In this document: positions 25,405 through 38,562 of the stretch, piece by piece
How positions within the stretch are numbered: the stretch's first letter is position 1
How the letters are laid out: each line of letters begins with the position of its first letter
NCBI RefSeq assembly: GCF_964204645.1
Contig: NC_134031.1
Location: forward strand, 10,790,088 to 10,854,087
DNA from: Tubulanus polymorphus
Lineage: Eukaryota > Animalia > Nemertea
DNA length: 64,000 bases
Reading direction: 5' to 3'
The notes under the pieces: model-generated
Databases searched by the model: none
What the model was told of the DNA's origin: nothing
Seen by the model: only the letters and a program-made list of their open reading frames with translations
Translations under genes and position numbers: made by a program

Positions 25405-26661
25405 TTATTCTAATTTTGTTTCTAATACTTTTATAAAATCATCTCTGTTTATATCTAATTCATCTAAATTCTTAGGTATATTTATTAATTTTAGTCGAGC
25501 CATCTTAACATAATTATTAGTAGGTATATCAGCTTTTTCTCTTAATTTTTCTAAGTATTCATCAAAATCATCATAATCAAAATCAAAATGATATCTAAAA
25601 TTATTTATCAGATAACTTAAATCTATTTTTCTAAAATATGATAATTTATAAATTTGTTCAGGATTATCTTCTGCATAAGCTAATGATTTATCAAATAACA
25701 ACTTATAGAATATATAATATTGGTTAGTTTTAGGATTAAAATATTTGATATATTTCTTTGGGTTATTTAACAATGGTATCATACTCACCATTTTATAAAC
25801 ATTAATTAGATGTAATTTTGATTTATAATGAGTATTTTCATCAACAGGTTCAATTTTCTTATTACAATATTGACACGTTTTATTTCTTTCTATTTCTTCT
25901 AATTTCTTTTCATTTTCTTCTAACACCCTTTCATTTTCTGTATGCGTTTGAGATTTTTTATGTTTAGAAAATTTACTTTTAGAAATATCTAAATCACAAA
26001 TGTTACAATGTTTTTTAGAATCATCAATTGTTTCATTATCATTAGTTTCAATTGTATCAACATTATCTGTTATATTATCTATGGTATCTTTTGTTTCAAT
26101 TGTATTAACATTATCTATGATGTTATCTATTATATTATCATCAGATATATTATTATCATTATTATTCTTTTCTTTTTCTATATGTTTCTTTGATTTCTTA
26201 TGTGATGCCCAATTTTTATATGATATATATTTCTTACATACATCACAATATTTTTCATTTGTCTTTTTGGTTTTGATATCAGGTTCAATCTTATCATTAT
26301 TAGATGTAGAAGGTAAAACATTATTAGATGTAGAAGGTATTATATTATTAGATGTAGAAGGTATTACATTATTAGATGTAGAAGGTATTACATTATTAGA
26401 TGTAGAAGGTATTACATTATTAGATGTAGAAGGTATTACATTATTAGATGTAGTAGGTATAACATTATTATCAATTATATTACTTAAATTATCAACAACA
26501 CCACTTTTATTATTATCGATTTCTATTAGTTTAGTTTTATAAATCTTAAAAATAGGATCAAATATCAAAGCTATATTACAAGGTATTACATAATATAATC
26601 CATCATTATTTTCAGGGGTATCGATATATGGAATATGTTTATATACTTTACCTCCTTCCAT
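25405..26661 (-). CDS. Polinton A protein with 8-aa repeats and three C2H2-like zinc fingers
   Basis: (NNVIPSTS)x7 encoded by a 24-bp repeat; CDVC..H..H, CNIC..H..H, CQYC..H..H. Confidence 0.8.
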   Translation of the reverse strand: MEGGKVYKHIPYIDTPENNDGLYYVIPCNIALIFDPIFKIYKTKLIEIDNNKSGVVDNLSNIIDNNVIPTTSNNVIPSTSNNVIPSTSNNVIPSTSNNVIPSTSNNIIPSTSNNVLPSTSNNDKIEPDIKTKKTNEKYCDVCKKYISYKNWASHKKSKKHIEKEKNNNDNNISDDNIIDNIIDNVNTIETKDTIDNITDNVDTIETNDNETIDDSKKHCNICDLDISKSKFSKHKKSQTHTENERVLEENEKKLEEIERNKTCQYCNKKIEPVDENTHYKSKLHLINVYKMVSMIPLLNNPKKYIKYFNPKTNQYYIFYKLLFDKSLAYAEDNPEQIYKLSYFRKIDLSYLINNFRYHFDFDYDDFDEYLEKLREKADIPTNNYVKMARLKLINIPKNLDELDINRDDFIKVLETKLE

Positions 26662-26694
26662 TTATTATATAAATTTTTTTTTAAAGTTAAAATT

Positions 26695-27944
26695 CTAATA
26701 CATAACACTATTTAATTGAGAATTTACAATATTTAATTGCGCGTCAGATATAATATAAATGTCCATTTTAAAATTTTTGATTCCTTTATTCTTTGTCATG
26801 AATAATTGTATTCCATCTTTAGTGTTCTGTAATTTTTTTCCAGAACCATGTAATGAATTATCCTCTGTTGTTCTAAAATCTAACCATAATGCATATTTAT
26901 TACCGGTATAATAATCAATTTGATTAATATTACAATTTTCAGATGATTTTACTTTTTCATTCAAAAAATGTTTTCTAATTTCTGGCAATTGACCTATCAT
27001 TCTCATTCCTTGACAAAATATTTTATTTGCTATTCCTTCAAAAGTTATTTCTACTTTTGTTATTTCAGGATTATAATAATTATCAAGATTTATTGCGCCA
27101 TTTGAATATGTAGCAATTGTAAAAAATATTGATATACCTTTAATAGATCTTCTTGGGAAGTTAATATTCTCATTAATAATTTCATCATTTGCATTAATAG
27201 ATACAGTTTTAAATTTATCAATATAATCATATAATAATGAAAATCCTTGATTGTATTGGTTTGAATTGTGTTAGCAATATTTTCATCAGTTACTGTATCA
27301 TATTCTAAACATATATTCGATAATTTATAACCCATATCTTTATTAACGCTAGATATTACAATTTCATTAACAGGAGCAAATGTTATTTCGAATATAACAT
27401 CTTCTTGAATTGCGTATTTATATAAAGGCGCATTATTATTTATCAATTCAAAGTCTAATGGAATTTTACATTTGCTTCCATATATTCTTTTTATCAATTT
27501 ATCTATAGCAGTAGTTAATATTGCATTATGTGCTTCTGATCTTAATTTATTTTGGTTTTCTGGTTGGATTCCTTGAAATATCATATTATTTCTATTTTCC
27601 TTAATTTAACCATAAATCTTTATAATGCATAAATAAATTATAATCATCTAATGAGAAAACTGTTTCTGGGCCGATCTTTATAGTTAATTTTTTATAATCA
27701 AATATCTTCCAACATTATCAACAACATAATTATTATTATTACCAGTTACTTTTATATCGGCTGATAAATAAATACTATTTGGAACATAAAAAGTATTTTG
27801 TGTTAATCGAGGGATTCTAACATATAAAGTTTTATCAGGATTAATATTAGAAGGGTTATGAGTAATTATATGATGTGATCTTTCTGCTTTAATAGCATTA
27901 GATATTCTAGAAATCTTAGAAGGACTTATATAACTCCCACTCAT
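26695..27944 (-). pseudogene. Major capsid protein (double jelly-roll, hexon-like) of A, frameshifted
   Basis: ORFs 27684-27944, 27090-27584, 26695-27006; ITHNPSNI..VRIP, CLEYDTV, YALWLDFRTTEDNSLHGSG, DAQLNI. Confidence 0.8.
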
Positions 27945-30900
27945 TTATTTAACAAAAAAATTAATTATTTATTTTTTATTATGTTTATTTTTTATTATTT
28001 TTTCTTGATATTTTTTGATATCATATTCACTAATCCAAAAATAATAGCACTTACAACTGTAATTAAAAATAAAATAATATGTTCAGCAGCAAAGTGAAGA
28101 ATATTCCCTGCAGATTTCAATATAAAACCAACAATTGATGCAATAATTCCGGGTAAACCTGCAGCAGATTTTTTAGATAGTTCCCATTAATATTTTGCTA
28201 ATTTTTTTAAACCATCTTTTACTTTATCTTGTATAGAATTATTATCTGGGGGTTTATCCGGTTTATTGGGAGTAGGAGTAGATTTCAGTGAATTTGATAT
28301 AGCTAAACCTATTGTTGTGAATACCATAGTTACAGCTGTTAGAATTGAAAGAATTGTGATTCCTTCAAACTTAAATAATAATTTTATTCTATCTTTCAAT
28401 GATATGTCAGAATTTGGTTTTAGTATTAACTCTTTAACAACAACTTTTAATCTATTAATACAAAAATCATATGAATTTAATAATAATTTCATTTTTTCTT
28501 TCTGAAATTCTATGTTATATTTTAAATCATCAATTTCTTTTTCTAAATATGCATTTCTTTTTTTAAATTCAATTTCTTCAATAACTTTATTATCTCTATC
28601 TAATTTAAATTGTTCTGATTCTTTTCTTGATTTAAATAATTCATCTTCTAAAGTTCTAATTTCTAAATCTCTTATACTTTTATCATGCGCAATTTTATCA
28701 GCTTCATTTTGTATACTAATAATTTCTGTAATTGCTTTATCAGAAAATATATTTAAAGCTTCTAATTCTTGATGCATCAAGTAATCCATTTGGTAAAAGT
28801 TCTTCAATTGGTACTTTATTTGATTTAAGTTTACTAGTTTTGGAAGTTATATTCTGTTCAGAAGTTGTTTCTGTTTCTAAATTATTTTTGATTGTTTTAA
28901 ATAATTCATTAATTCTTTGTTTAAATACTTTTTTATTTTGATTTATTTTTTCTTGTGTTACATTTTCTATTTCATCAATAATACTTATTTTTTTTAATTC
29001 TATCTGGTTCTAATTTTTCCAAAATTGATTCTGCTAATATTTTGTCTTGATTTTTATAAGAGATATTAATATAATAATCTTCTTTCAAATGATAATAATA
29101 TTCGCCATCTAAAAATTTTAATTCTCTTACTAAAAGTCTAGCACCTCTATCATTTATATTATATCCAGAATCTTTAAATATAGGTTTGAATTTATACATT
29201 TGGTCTATATAATCTAAATCGTGTCTTACTAAATATGGATCTTCATATTTAGGATTTATTCTCAATTTAGATCTTCTATCAAATTCATCTGTTGATGGGG
29301 CTTTATAAACACTATCTGCTAAATTAGAATTATATGCTGATTCATCATCATTATCAATATTAGTTTCTGCACCATTATAATCATCAACAATATATCCTTC
29401 ATTATTAATTCCCATTTCTCGAGGGATTCTAACATATAAAGTTTCATCAGGATTAATATTAGAAGGGTTATGAGTAATTATATGATGTGATCTTTCTGCT
29501 TTAATAGCATTAGATATTCTAGAAATCTTAGAAGGACTTATATAACTCCCACTCATTTATTTAACAAAAAAATTAATTATTTATTTTTTACTATGTTTAT
29601 TTTTTATTATTTTTTCTTGATATTTTTTGATATCATATTCCCTAATCCAAAAATAATAGCACTTACAACTGTAATTAAAAATAAAATAATATGTTCAGCA
29701 GCTAAGTGAAGAATATTCCCTGCAGATTTCAATATAAAACCAACAATTGATGCAATAATTCCGGGTAAAGCTGCAGCAGATTTTTTAGATAGTTCCCATA
29801 AATATTTTGCTAATTCTTTAAAACCATCTTTTACTTTATCTTGTATAGAATTATTATCTGGGGGTTCATCCGGTTTATTGGGAGTAGGAGTAGATTTTAG
29901 TGAATTTGATATAGCTAAACCTATTGTTGTGAATACCATAGTTACAGCTGTTAGAATTGAAAGAATTGTGATTCCTTCAAACTTAAATAATAATTTTATT
30001 CTATCATTCAATGATATGTCAGAATTTCGTTTTAGTATTAACTCTTTAACAACAACTTTTAATCTATTAATACAATAATCAAATGATTTTAATAATAATT
30101 TCATTGTTTCTTTCTGAAATTCTATGTTATATTTTAAATCATCAATTTCTTTTTCAATTTGCATTTCTTTTTTTAAATTCAATTTCTTCAATAACTTTAT
30201 TATCTCTATCTAATTTTAATTGTTCTGATTCTTTTCTTGATTTAAATAATTCATCTTCTAAAGTTCTAATTTTTAAATCTCTTATACTTTTATCATGCGC
30301 AATTTTATCAGCTTCATTTTGTATACTAATAATTTCTGTAATTGCTTTATCAGAAAATATATTTAAAGCTTCTAATTCTTGATTTGTTGCATCAAGTAAT
30401 CCATTTGGTAAAAGTTCTTCAATTGGTACTTTATTTGATTTAAGTATACTAGTTTTGGAAGTTATTTTCTGTTCAGAAGTTGTTTCTGTTTCTAAATTAT
30501 TTTTGATTGTTTTAGATAATTCATTAATTCTTTGTTTAAATACTTTTTTATTTTGATTTATTTTTTCTTGTGTTACATTTTCTATTTCATTAATAATACT
30601 TATTTTTTTAATTCTATCTGGTTCTAATTTTTCCAAAGTTGATTCTGCTAATATTTTGTCTTGATTTTTATAAGAGATATTAATATAATAATCTTCTTTC
30701 AAATGATAATAATATTCGCCATCTAAACATTTTAATTCTCTTACTAAAAGTCTAGCACCTCTATCATTTATATTATATCCAGAATCTTTAAATATAGGTT
30801 TGAATTTATACATTTGTTCTATATAATCTTGATCTTGTCTTACTAAATATGGATCTTCATATTTAGGATTTATTCTCAATTTAGATCTTCTATCAAATTC

Positions 30901-31032
30901 ATCTGTTGATGGGACTTTATAAACACTATCTGCTAAATTAGAATTATATTCTGATTCATCATCATTATCAATATTAGTTTCTGCACCATTATAATCATCA
31001 TCAATACATCCTTCATTATCAATTCCCATTTC
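27807..31032. repeat. Tandem duplication of ~1.61 kb (27807-29418 / 29419-31032)
   Basis: Duplicates the membrane-protein gene and the capsid 5' end; chimeric ORF 28975-29556; TC microhomology at the junction. Confidence 0.9.
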
Positions 31033-31065
31033 TCCCATTTCATAATCTTCTCCACTTTCTGCCAT
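29607..31065 (-). pseudogene. Coiled-coil protein with C-terminal amphipathic/TM helices (candidate membrane-penetration protein), frameshifted; second copy ~27994-29418
   Basis: Acidic N-terminus, coiled coil, EGITILSILTAV.., AAALPGIIASIVGFILK. Confidence 0.7.
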
Positions 31066-31081
31066 TTACATAATAAAAAAA

Positions 31082-32396
31082 TTAAAATTTAAAATATAAT
31101 ATTCCTCCTATAACAATTCCTATACAAGTTATCGCTAATTAAGCATTTTCATGGGATTTATTATCATTATCAGTTTTAATTATATCATGTTGAATATTAT
31201 CAGTTTTAATATTTTCTGTAGTATTGTAATCTTTTATTTTAGAATCATTATTTAATTTAATATTCTTAGTTTTAGTTTCTGTTGATTGAATATGTTTTTT
31301 ATTTTTTTCACCTTCCATTAATTTTGGAGCAGTAATTATCTTTTTATTTATATCATTTAATCCAAATGAATTATTTATTGTTGCAGTTTTAATTACATTA
31401 TTATAACCAATTATGTTCCCATCTTTAATACTAAATCATTTGAAATAATGAATAGATTAGGGCATATACAATAATTTAATCTAATATGTGATTTATCTAA
31501 ATAATTTTGATATCTCACAATGTTTTCTGGAATCGATCTATTTTTATCATTATGAATTGAATCTTCAAATAATACTTTAAATTGTTTCTGCACATCGAAT
31601 GAAGTGTTATCATTTCCAATTATTGGTGATCTTGTTTCTACTTGTGCGCCTAAAATACAAATTAAATACGTTCTAATAGATTGATTTATTCTTTGATTTA
31701 TTCTTTGTATACCTGATTTTGTAAAACCTTCACTATTTTCTAAAATGAAATTAATCCAACCATTATTATTATTATCAATTTTATAATTATGATAAGCTGA
31801 AATTCTATGCATATAATCAATTCTTTTTATTTCATACTCTTCACCAATACCTTGCAATTTACCATGCGCTCTACAATCAGAATTAATATTTATATTAAAT
31901 TCATTACATATTTTATAAAATTTAGATTGATTAATATTATTATCCAATTCTTTAAAATATTTAGATCCGGGTAAAGGACATTCTAATTCATTTAATATTA
32001 TTCTGATTTGAAAATATGTGTGAAATCTAAATGTTGTGTGAATTAATTTTAAATCAGAATAATTCAAATTTTTATCTAAGTTATTTAAATGATCATTCCA
32101 ACTTATACCACAACCAGTTGTTGCACAATAAACAGCAAAATTTAATTGGTTCTGCCAATATTTCATATTAGATTTTACTTTATATATATGATATTCATCT
32201 TGAGTAACAGTAACTTCATATGTATTAAATATATTTTCCATTTTAGAAAAAAAAACTGTGATTCAGTAACATAAATTTCTAAATTAGTTAATGCATTTAA
32301 AACTAAATTTTTATATGTAATATTTTTATTAAAATCTATTGCAGGAATATTATATTTAATTGGTTTATTATATTGGAAAGCTTTTAGAAACCCCAT
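31082..32396 (-). pseudogene. Conserved Polinton hypothetical protein (WQNQLNFAVYCATTGCG), frameshifted
   Basis: Homolog of 47664-49064. Confidence 0.7.
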
Positions 32397-32411
32397 TTAT
32401 ATAATTAAAAA

Positions 32412-33887
32412 ATTAATAATTTATTAATTCTTTTAATAATTTATCTTGTTCTTCAACTGTTATATGACCATTTAAACTTATTATATAATCTAGTGTATTC
32501 TTTAATTTATTAATTTCTTTTATATTAGTTTTAATTTTTTCTTTATTACTTTTTATATTTAATTTTGAACTTATACCAGTTAAAACACTTGATGATAATC
32601 CTAATACACCAATTGATATAGCTAAAGGTGTTAATGGACTGAATATTGCTAGAAATGTTATTACAGAACTAATTGTAACCGAACCACTAATAATAAAATA
32701 ATATATAATTTTACTTTTTAAATATTTTTTCTTTTTTATCTTTAAGTCACTTTCAAATTCTAATATTTGTTTTTCTAAATATATTTTTAATTTAGTTTTA
32801 TTTATATCATGAGGAATAATATCAATATTATCAACTTTATCATCCTTTTATTTAGCAAAAACATTACTAATTAGTAAATCTATACGCTACAAATATAACA
32901 ATAACAGTTCCACCTAAAATCCAAATTATTTCATATTTCTGTTGTTCCTTACTTGGGGTATAATAATCTGTTAATTTAGGTTTGTATAGATGTAATTTTT
33001 CTTTATTGGTTACCGCGTTATATAAACTCATTGCATCATCAACTGATTGAAAATCTCTATGAGAAATCTTCTGATCATATAATTCTTTGTTAATATAATC
33101 CATGTAATTTTGCCTCTTTTCTCTATATTCTTCTGCTGCTTTATTGTATTTCTAGTGCTAAGTTATGTCTTTTTTGTTCTGTTAATGAACCATTTTTATC
33201 AATATGTTTAAATAAATAACCACCACCAGTAAATGCTAAAGCGTTAACAATTGCCGATCCTATAATAGTTATAATTGCAGATGCCATTTATTTAGCAAAA
33301 AATTATGCATTTATATGGGAGGAATATATTTTTGTTTTTCCAAATAATCAATAGTTAAATTAGATAAAGTAACTGCTAATGTTAATTTTAAAATATCATT
33401 TATATCAAATCTATCAACATTAACACTTCCCATTTTAAATACTTTTTTTAATACCGTTGAATAACCAACAGTTCCAACTGATAGTAATGCGCCATTATAT
33501 AATCCAGTTATTATCCACTTATTATCACTCATTTATTTATCAAAAAATTACTATCTTCAAAATATTTAGTTATCTTAGTGATGATTAATTCAACATTTAT
33601 TTCATTACTAGTTTCATTTGTATATATTTCAATTATTATTTCTTTAATATCATCGATGATAAAATCTTCATCTAATTCATAAAATCTTAAAGATTATGTA
33701 ATTAAATTAGTAATCTTTTCTACATTTAAAGTTTCTTTATCTATTGTTTTTTCATACTCAAATGTGTTTCATTAGAAAATGCAATATTTTTAATATGTGT
33801 AATTACATCATTAATGTTAAATTTCATTTCTTTCTCACGTTTAAAATCAAACCCAATACATATACTCGGTCCAACAGTTATATTCAT
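32412..33887 (-). pseudogene. Four small Polinton A genes (TM protein, ALAFTGGGYLF protein, intact 73-aa ORF 33311-33532, acidic protein), partly disrupted
   Basis: Collinear with B 49081-50560. Confidence 0.7.
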
Positions 33888-34607
33888 TTATATAGTGAAA
33901 GAATTAATTTATTCAAATCAATTAGATATCCATTATGATTTCTTATTTCTAATCTAAAATTATTAAATTGAGGAATACAAGGTTTAAAATCACATTCAGC
34001 TAAATTATAATTTATTTGCGTTCCAAATTGTTTAACATTTTTTAATGGTAAACTATTTAATATACTAGAATTACAAATTGTATCTTTAGTTGCTTCAAAT
34101 GTTTTTGTAGGATTAATTAAATTGCAATAAATATAAAAGTGTGTAAAAGTCATTATATTTGTATAAGTTTCAATACTTGAATAATGTCTATCCGGAAGAA
34201 TTCCTAACAGTTTAGCTAAAGGTTTTCTTACTAGAAATCTATGTTGTTCATTAGTTAACTTTATTCTTATTTTATTCGAACTATCACTTTTGATAAATTT
34301 AATTTCGAATCTAGCAGCTGCGCCCTCTTTTATTAATTTCTTGCGCTAATGTTTCTAAATTATATAATCCTGGTTTTAGATAAAGATGAAACCATTTATT
34401 CAAATTTCTATCATAAATTTTAAAAGCTAAATGATCAAGACTTTTAGTCGATATATTATGAAAAGAATTACATAAACTTATATTAACTAATTTTAAATCA
34501 ACACAAGTCTTGAATTCTCTATCTAATTGTATTAGTAAATTATGAGATTTATAATTTGTAAGTTTTCTTGAATCAACAAATATTCTGTATTCTTTTAATT
34601 CTACCAT
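33884..34607 (-). pseudogene. Minor capsid (penton-like) of A, premature stop and 3' deletion
   Basis: ORFs 34311-34607 and 33884-34153; FYIYCNLI, NNFRLEIRNHNG..IDL. Confidence 0.7.
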
Positions 34608-34624
34608 TTATTTTACATATTTTC

Positions 34625-34837
34625 TTATTCGAAATCTATTTCATGGTGCCCTTTTTCATTCTTACCCTTATATATGAAATAGAAATCACCTGAACATAAT
34701 TCTTCTAAATCTTCACTTGATAATCTATGAAATCTATCTGGTAAATATGTTCTGAATTTATATGTATTTCCTTTTAATCCTTCATATTCTAAGTGTATAA
34801 CTAATTTATCTCCATATTTGCTAGTAACTGTAACAAT
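34625..34837 (-). pseudogene. 3' half of A's OB-fold/SSB-like gene (5' half at 58690-58840)
   Basis: Split by the TIR element; homolog of 51346-51699. Confidence 0.75.
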
Positions 34838-35592
34838 CGGTTCCTGAACTTCGCTGAAAAAGCTGAATCACTGAAACGCTGAAACGCTGAAATAAAAGCG
34901 CTGAAATTTCAGGGAATTTCCGAAAAACGCCGAAATTTCAGGGGATTCCCGATAAACGCTGAAATCGTGCTAGGTACCAACAATACACGTTTTGAAATAT
35001 TTTCCGGGCCGGTGTCCGCTGCCAAGTCCTGAACCGCGTTTAGTCTCTACCTTCGGTTACAGAGACATGCATGGACAGTATGTGTGGAGTATACTTCTAG
35101 AGGGCCACTTGTTGGACAAATTATTCTCCATTATACCAGAATGCTCGTAATTCCATGAGATTGAGGCTTCTTCCGTAACGTCACTGAGTTGCTGACTTCC
35201 GTCACTTCGAGACGTCCGAGAATTTGTTCTCGTTATTTTTGTTGGATTATATCGTTCAACATCTCCTTTAGGCCTTTTTTATAACTTTTTCAATGTAAGT
35301 CTTCGGAATTCGCTGAATATCCGTAGCTTTTTTCTTGTAAATTATTAAATTTACTTTTATTTTGGTCTCATTTATTTAGCTAGTGCCTTTTAGGCCTAGG
35401 CCCTAGCTATTCATATAATTTTCAATTAGACTTTCGGACCCGTTGGGTATCGTTTTCTATCATGCAGTCTAATCTAGATTATGTTCCTCTTGACATCGGT
35501 CAAGAAGTTGAAATTGATTCCCACGTCGTTGACGATGAGGATTACATGGCTTCGGCATCAATGAAGGTCGTCAGAGCCTTTCTTATAAACTT

Positions 35593-36690
35593 TTGACGCA
35601 TACTGCGTCCTCTGATAAAAACTTAATTCCTCAGAGAATTGTCAAAACGAGTAAACCGTCTACGGTTTCTAAATCATCGTCTAGTCCTGTTGAAACCCAA
35701 CAGTTTGCGGATAGTGTTTCCACTAATCCGGTTATGTCTGAATTTCTACTAATGAAAAAGAGACTAGAAGACCTTGAAAATCAGATGTCTTCAGATTTTG
35801 CCGAATATCCTTCGGATATCGCCTGTCATAACGATGATCATAATGTTGCTGATATTTCTAATTCTGATTCGATCGGTCAGAGATTTTTAAGTCTCTTTAA
35901 TAAATCAGATGACAACAATAATCTTCCTGTTAACAAGGATTCAAATGATTTATTAGACTTTTTGAGATCTGAGGTTCAGTCTTTTAAAGTGACTGGACCT
36001 CCGTTAAATGAAGATATTTCGTCTTTATTGACTCAACTTTTATCCGGTTTCGGATCTGACGATCCAGAAAAGAAAAGGTTTCTAGACAAGCTAGAACGTA
36101 AGGCTAAGGACTATGCTTGTCCTGATAATACATCAAAGTTGGCTGTTACGAAAGTTAATCAGCCTATATGGATGAAACTTCCTAAAGAATCTGCTGCTTT
36201 TGATGTAAAACTGCAGAAAATCCAAAATTGGAATCTTCGGGGTGTTACAGCTATCTCCCGTGTTGTTGAAAGTTTAACTGATTCCTCTAAACATTTAGAT
36301 AGGAAATCGTTAGGGGCCATTTTGTATGATGCGCTTTCGTTTTTCGCTCAAGGAAACTTTGAGTTGAATTTGAGAAGGAGAGAGCTTCTTAAGAAAGATT
36401 TTAAAGATTCTTTCAAGCCGCTTTGGCTACCCTCGAATCCCATTGGGGATCAATTATTTGGGGATAACCTTGACGAAAAATTAAAAGAAATCGATAGGAC
36501 AACTAGAATGGTTGGGAAACTTCTTCCTACTAATTTTCGTGGTCGTGGCCGCTCTAGCGCTTTGAGAGGTCGTGGTCGTGCTCGGTATGGCAGATTTCAA
36601 CCATATCCTAATTATAGACCTTCAAATTATACTCCAAACAAGAAGGATTTTTGGAGGAAGGGCCAGTTTCAGGACCAGAAAAAATGGTAA
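35593..36690 (+). CDS. DIRS gag-like ORF1 (likely ATG ~35462 with frameshift)
   Basis: CPDN..KVNQPIW..DVKLQKIQ..LNLRRRELLK..LFGDNL; RG-rich tail. Confidence 0.8.
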   Translation: MTHTASSDKNLIPQRIVKTSKPSTVSKSSSSPVETQQFADSVSTNPVMSEFLLMKKRLEDLENQMSSDFAEYPSDIACHNDDHNVADISNSDSIGQRFLSLFNKSDDNNNLPVNKDSNDLLDFLRSEVQSFKVTGPPLNEDISSLLTQLLSGFGSDDPEKKRFLDKLERKAKDYACPDNTSKLAVTKVNQPIWMKLPKESAAFDVKLQKIQNWNLRGVTAISRVVESLTDSSKHLDRKSLGAILYDALSFFAQGNFELNLRRRELLKKDFKDSFKPLWLPSNPIGDQLFGDNLDEKLKEIDRTTRMVGKLLPTNFRGRGRSSALRGRGRARYGRFQPYPNYRPSNYTPNKKDFWRKGQFQDQKKW

Positions 36691-38562
36691 GTCATTCCTT
36701 TCCTGTAGCTGGCCGTATTCGACTTTTTTTACCTTTTGGGAGTCATTAACTTCAGACAGTTATTTATTAGATTGTGTTAAAGGTTACCACATTGAATGGG
36801 AAAACCTCCCTCCATGTCAATTGGAGTTGCCTCGAACTATTTTCTTTTCGAGTAAAGAGCAGTCTGCTATAGACGTTTTATTATCTGAATTCCTTCAGAG
36901 GGGAATTATTGAGTTTGCTTCTCCATCTCATGGGCAATTTATTTCAAACATTTTTGTTGTCCCCAAGAAAGACTCTGGGTTTAGACTCATTTTGAATCTA
37001 ACTCATCTGAACAAATTTGTAAAATATTGTCATTTTAAAATGACTTCATTGAATACTGTTCTGAATTTAATGACGCCAGGTTGTTATATGGCTTCATTAG
37101 ATTTAAAAGATGCCTATTATTCTATTTCAATTTGCCCTGAAGATAGGAAATTCCTTAGATTTATTTGGAAAGGTCATCTTTTTCAATATACATGTCTCCC
37201 TAATGGGATTTCTTCGGCGCCTAGACTTTTTAAGAAATTATCAAAACCGGTTTTAACACCATTACGTCAGTTAGGTTACATCTCTGCCGATTATATCGAT
37301 GATATTTATTTGCAAGGGCTGGATTGTATCGAATGCAGTTCGAATGTATCGATTTCTAAAACTCAATTACAAAATTGTGGTTACTTTATTAATGAGGTCA
37401 AGTCAGAGAAGAAACCTGATGTTCAAAGTTTCTTGGCTTTTGGTTAAATTCAATGACTTGGAAGGTTTTCTTAGGTCAGGATAAGATTGAGAAAATAATC
37501 AAAGAGTGTTCCACATTGTTGCACAAACCAAATCCGTCTATTTGGCATATTGCCCATGTCGTGGGTGTTCTAGTTTCTTCCTTTCCTGCTGTGCCGGCAG
37601 GTCGATTATATTATCGAAATTTAGAAAAACTTAAGTCTATGTCTCTTTCTCAATCGTTAGGAGATTTCAATACTAAAGTCTCTCTTTCTGATGAAGCTAA
37701 GACTGATTTAATTTGGTGGATTGAGAATATTTCTCATTCTGCTTCTGCTCCAATTACACGTCATGCGCCTGATATAACTATTACCACTGACGCATCTCTT
37801 TCAGGTTGGGGTGCAATTATCAATCAAACTAAAACCTATGGGTTTTGGAATCCGCAAGAGAAATTGAATCACATCAATATTCTAGAGCTTAGGGCAGTTT
37901 TGTTTGCCCTTTTATCGTTCAGTGGACTTATTCAGAACAAACATATTCTTGTTCAATTAGATAATACCGTTGCAGTAGCCTACATTAAGAATCAGGGAGG
38001 AACAAAATCTCCTCAGTTGAATAGTTTAGCTAAACAGATTTGGCAATTAGTCTTCAAATTTAATTCATGGCTTTCTGTAACTCACATTTCAGGAATATCG
38101 AATTTTGATGCAGATATTTTATCGCGCGTTCAATCGGTCAATAAAGAATGGCAATTAGATAAGACTGCGTTCTCTGATATTATCAGAGTTTTTGGACAAC
38201 CTGAAATTGATCTATTTGCATCTAGAATTAATACCCAACGGGTTAAGTTCATTTCTTGGCATCCTGATCCTCAAGCTTTTTGTATAGATGCATTCACTGT
38301 GAATTGGTCAAATTGGTTTTGGTATGCCTTTCCTCCATTTAGTTTAATTGCTAAATGTCTGTCTAAAATTCAACAAGAAAAAAGTCACGGTATTCTTGTG
38401 GTGCCTAATTGGCCGTCACAATCATGGTATCCAAAGTTGATTAACTTGACTAATCAAACTTTCACTTTATCTTGCAGAAAGAATTTACTACGTCTTCCTC
38501 AAGATCCAGAGAAAATCCATCCGATTTACAAACAGCTAAGTTTGCTGGTTTGTCGCTTTTAA
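36572..38562 (+). pseudogene. DIRS reverse transcriptase, RNase H and Dam-like methyltransferase (break at ~37420-37450)
   Basis: FRLILNL, LDLKDAY, YIDD; TDASLSGWG, HINILEL, DNTVA; DLFAS, YAFPPF. Confidence 0.92.

Noticed and set aside
26296-26470. 24-bp tandem repeats as a CRISPR-like array
   Set aside because: No spacers; in-frame coding repeat (NNVIPSTS)
26000-26542. Plus-strand ORFs antisense to Polinton genes (also 28266, 28512, 29878, 30083, 44228, 44612, 46475, 47037)
   Set aside because: Shadow ORFs of AT-rich coding sequence
38150-38450. Novel methyltransferase or restriction-modification system
   Set aside because: The Dam-like MT domain is a known part of DIRS pol
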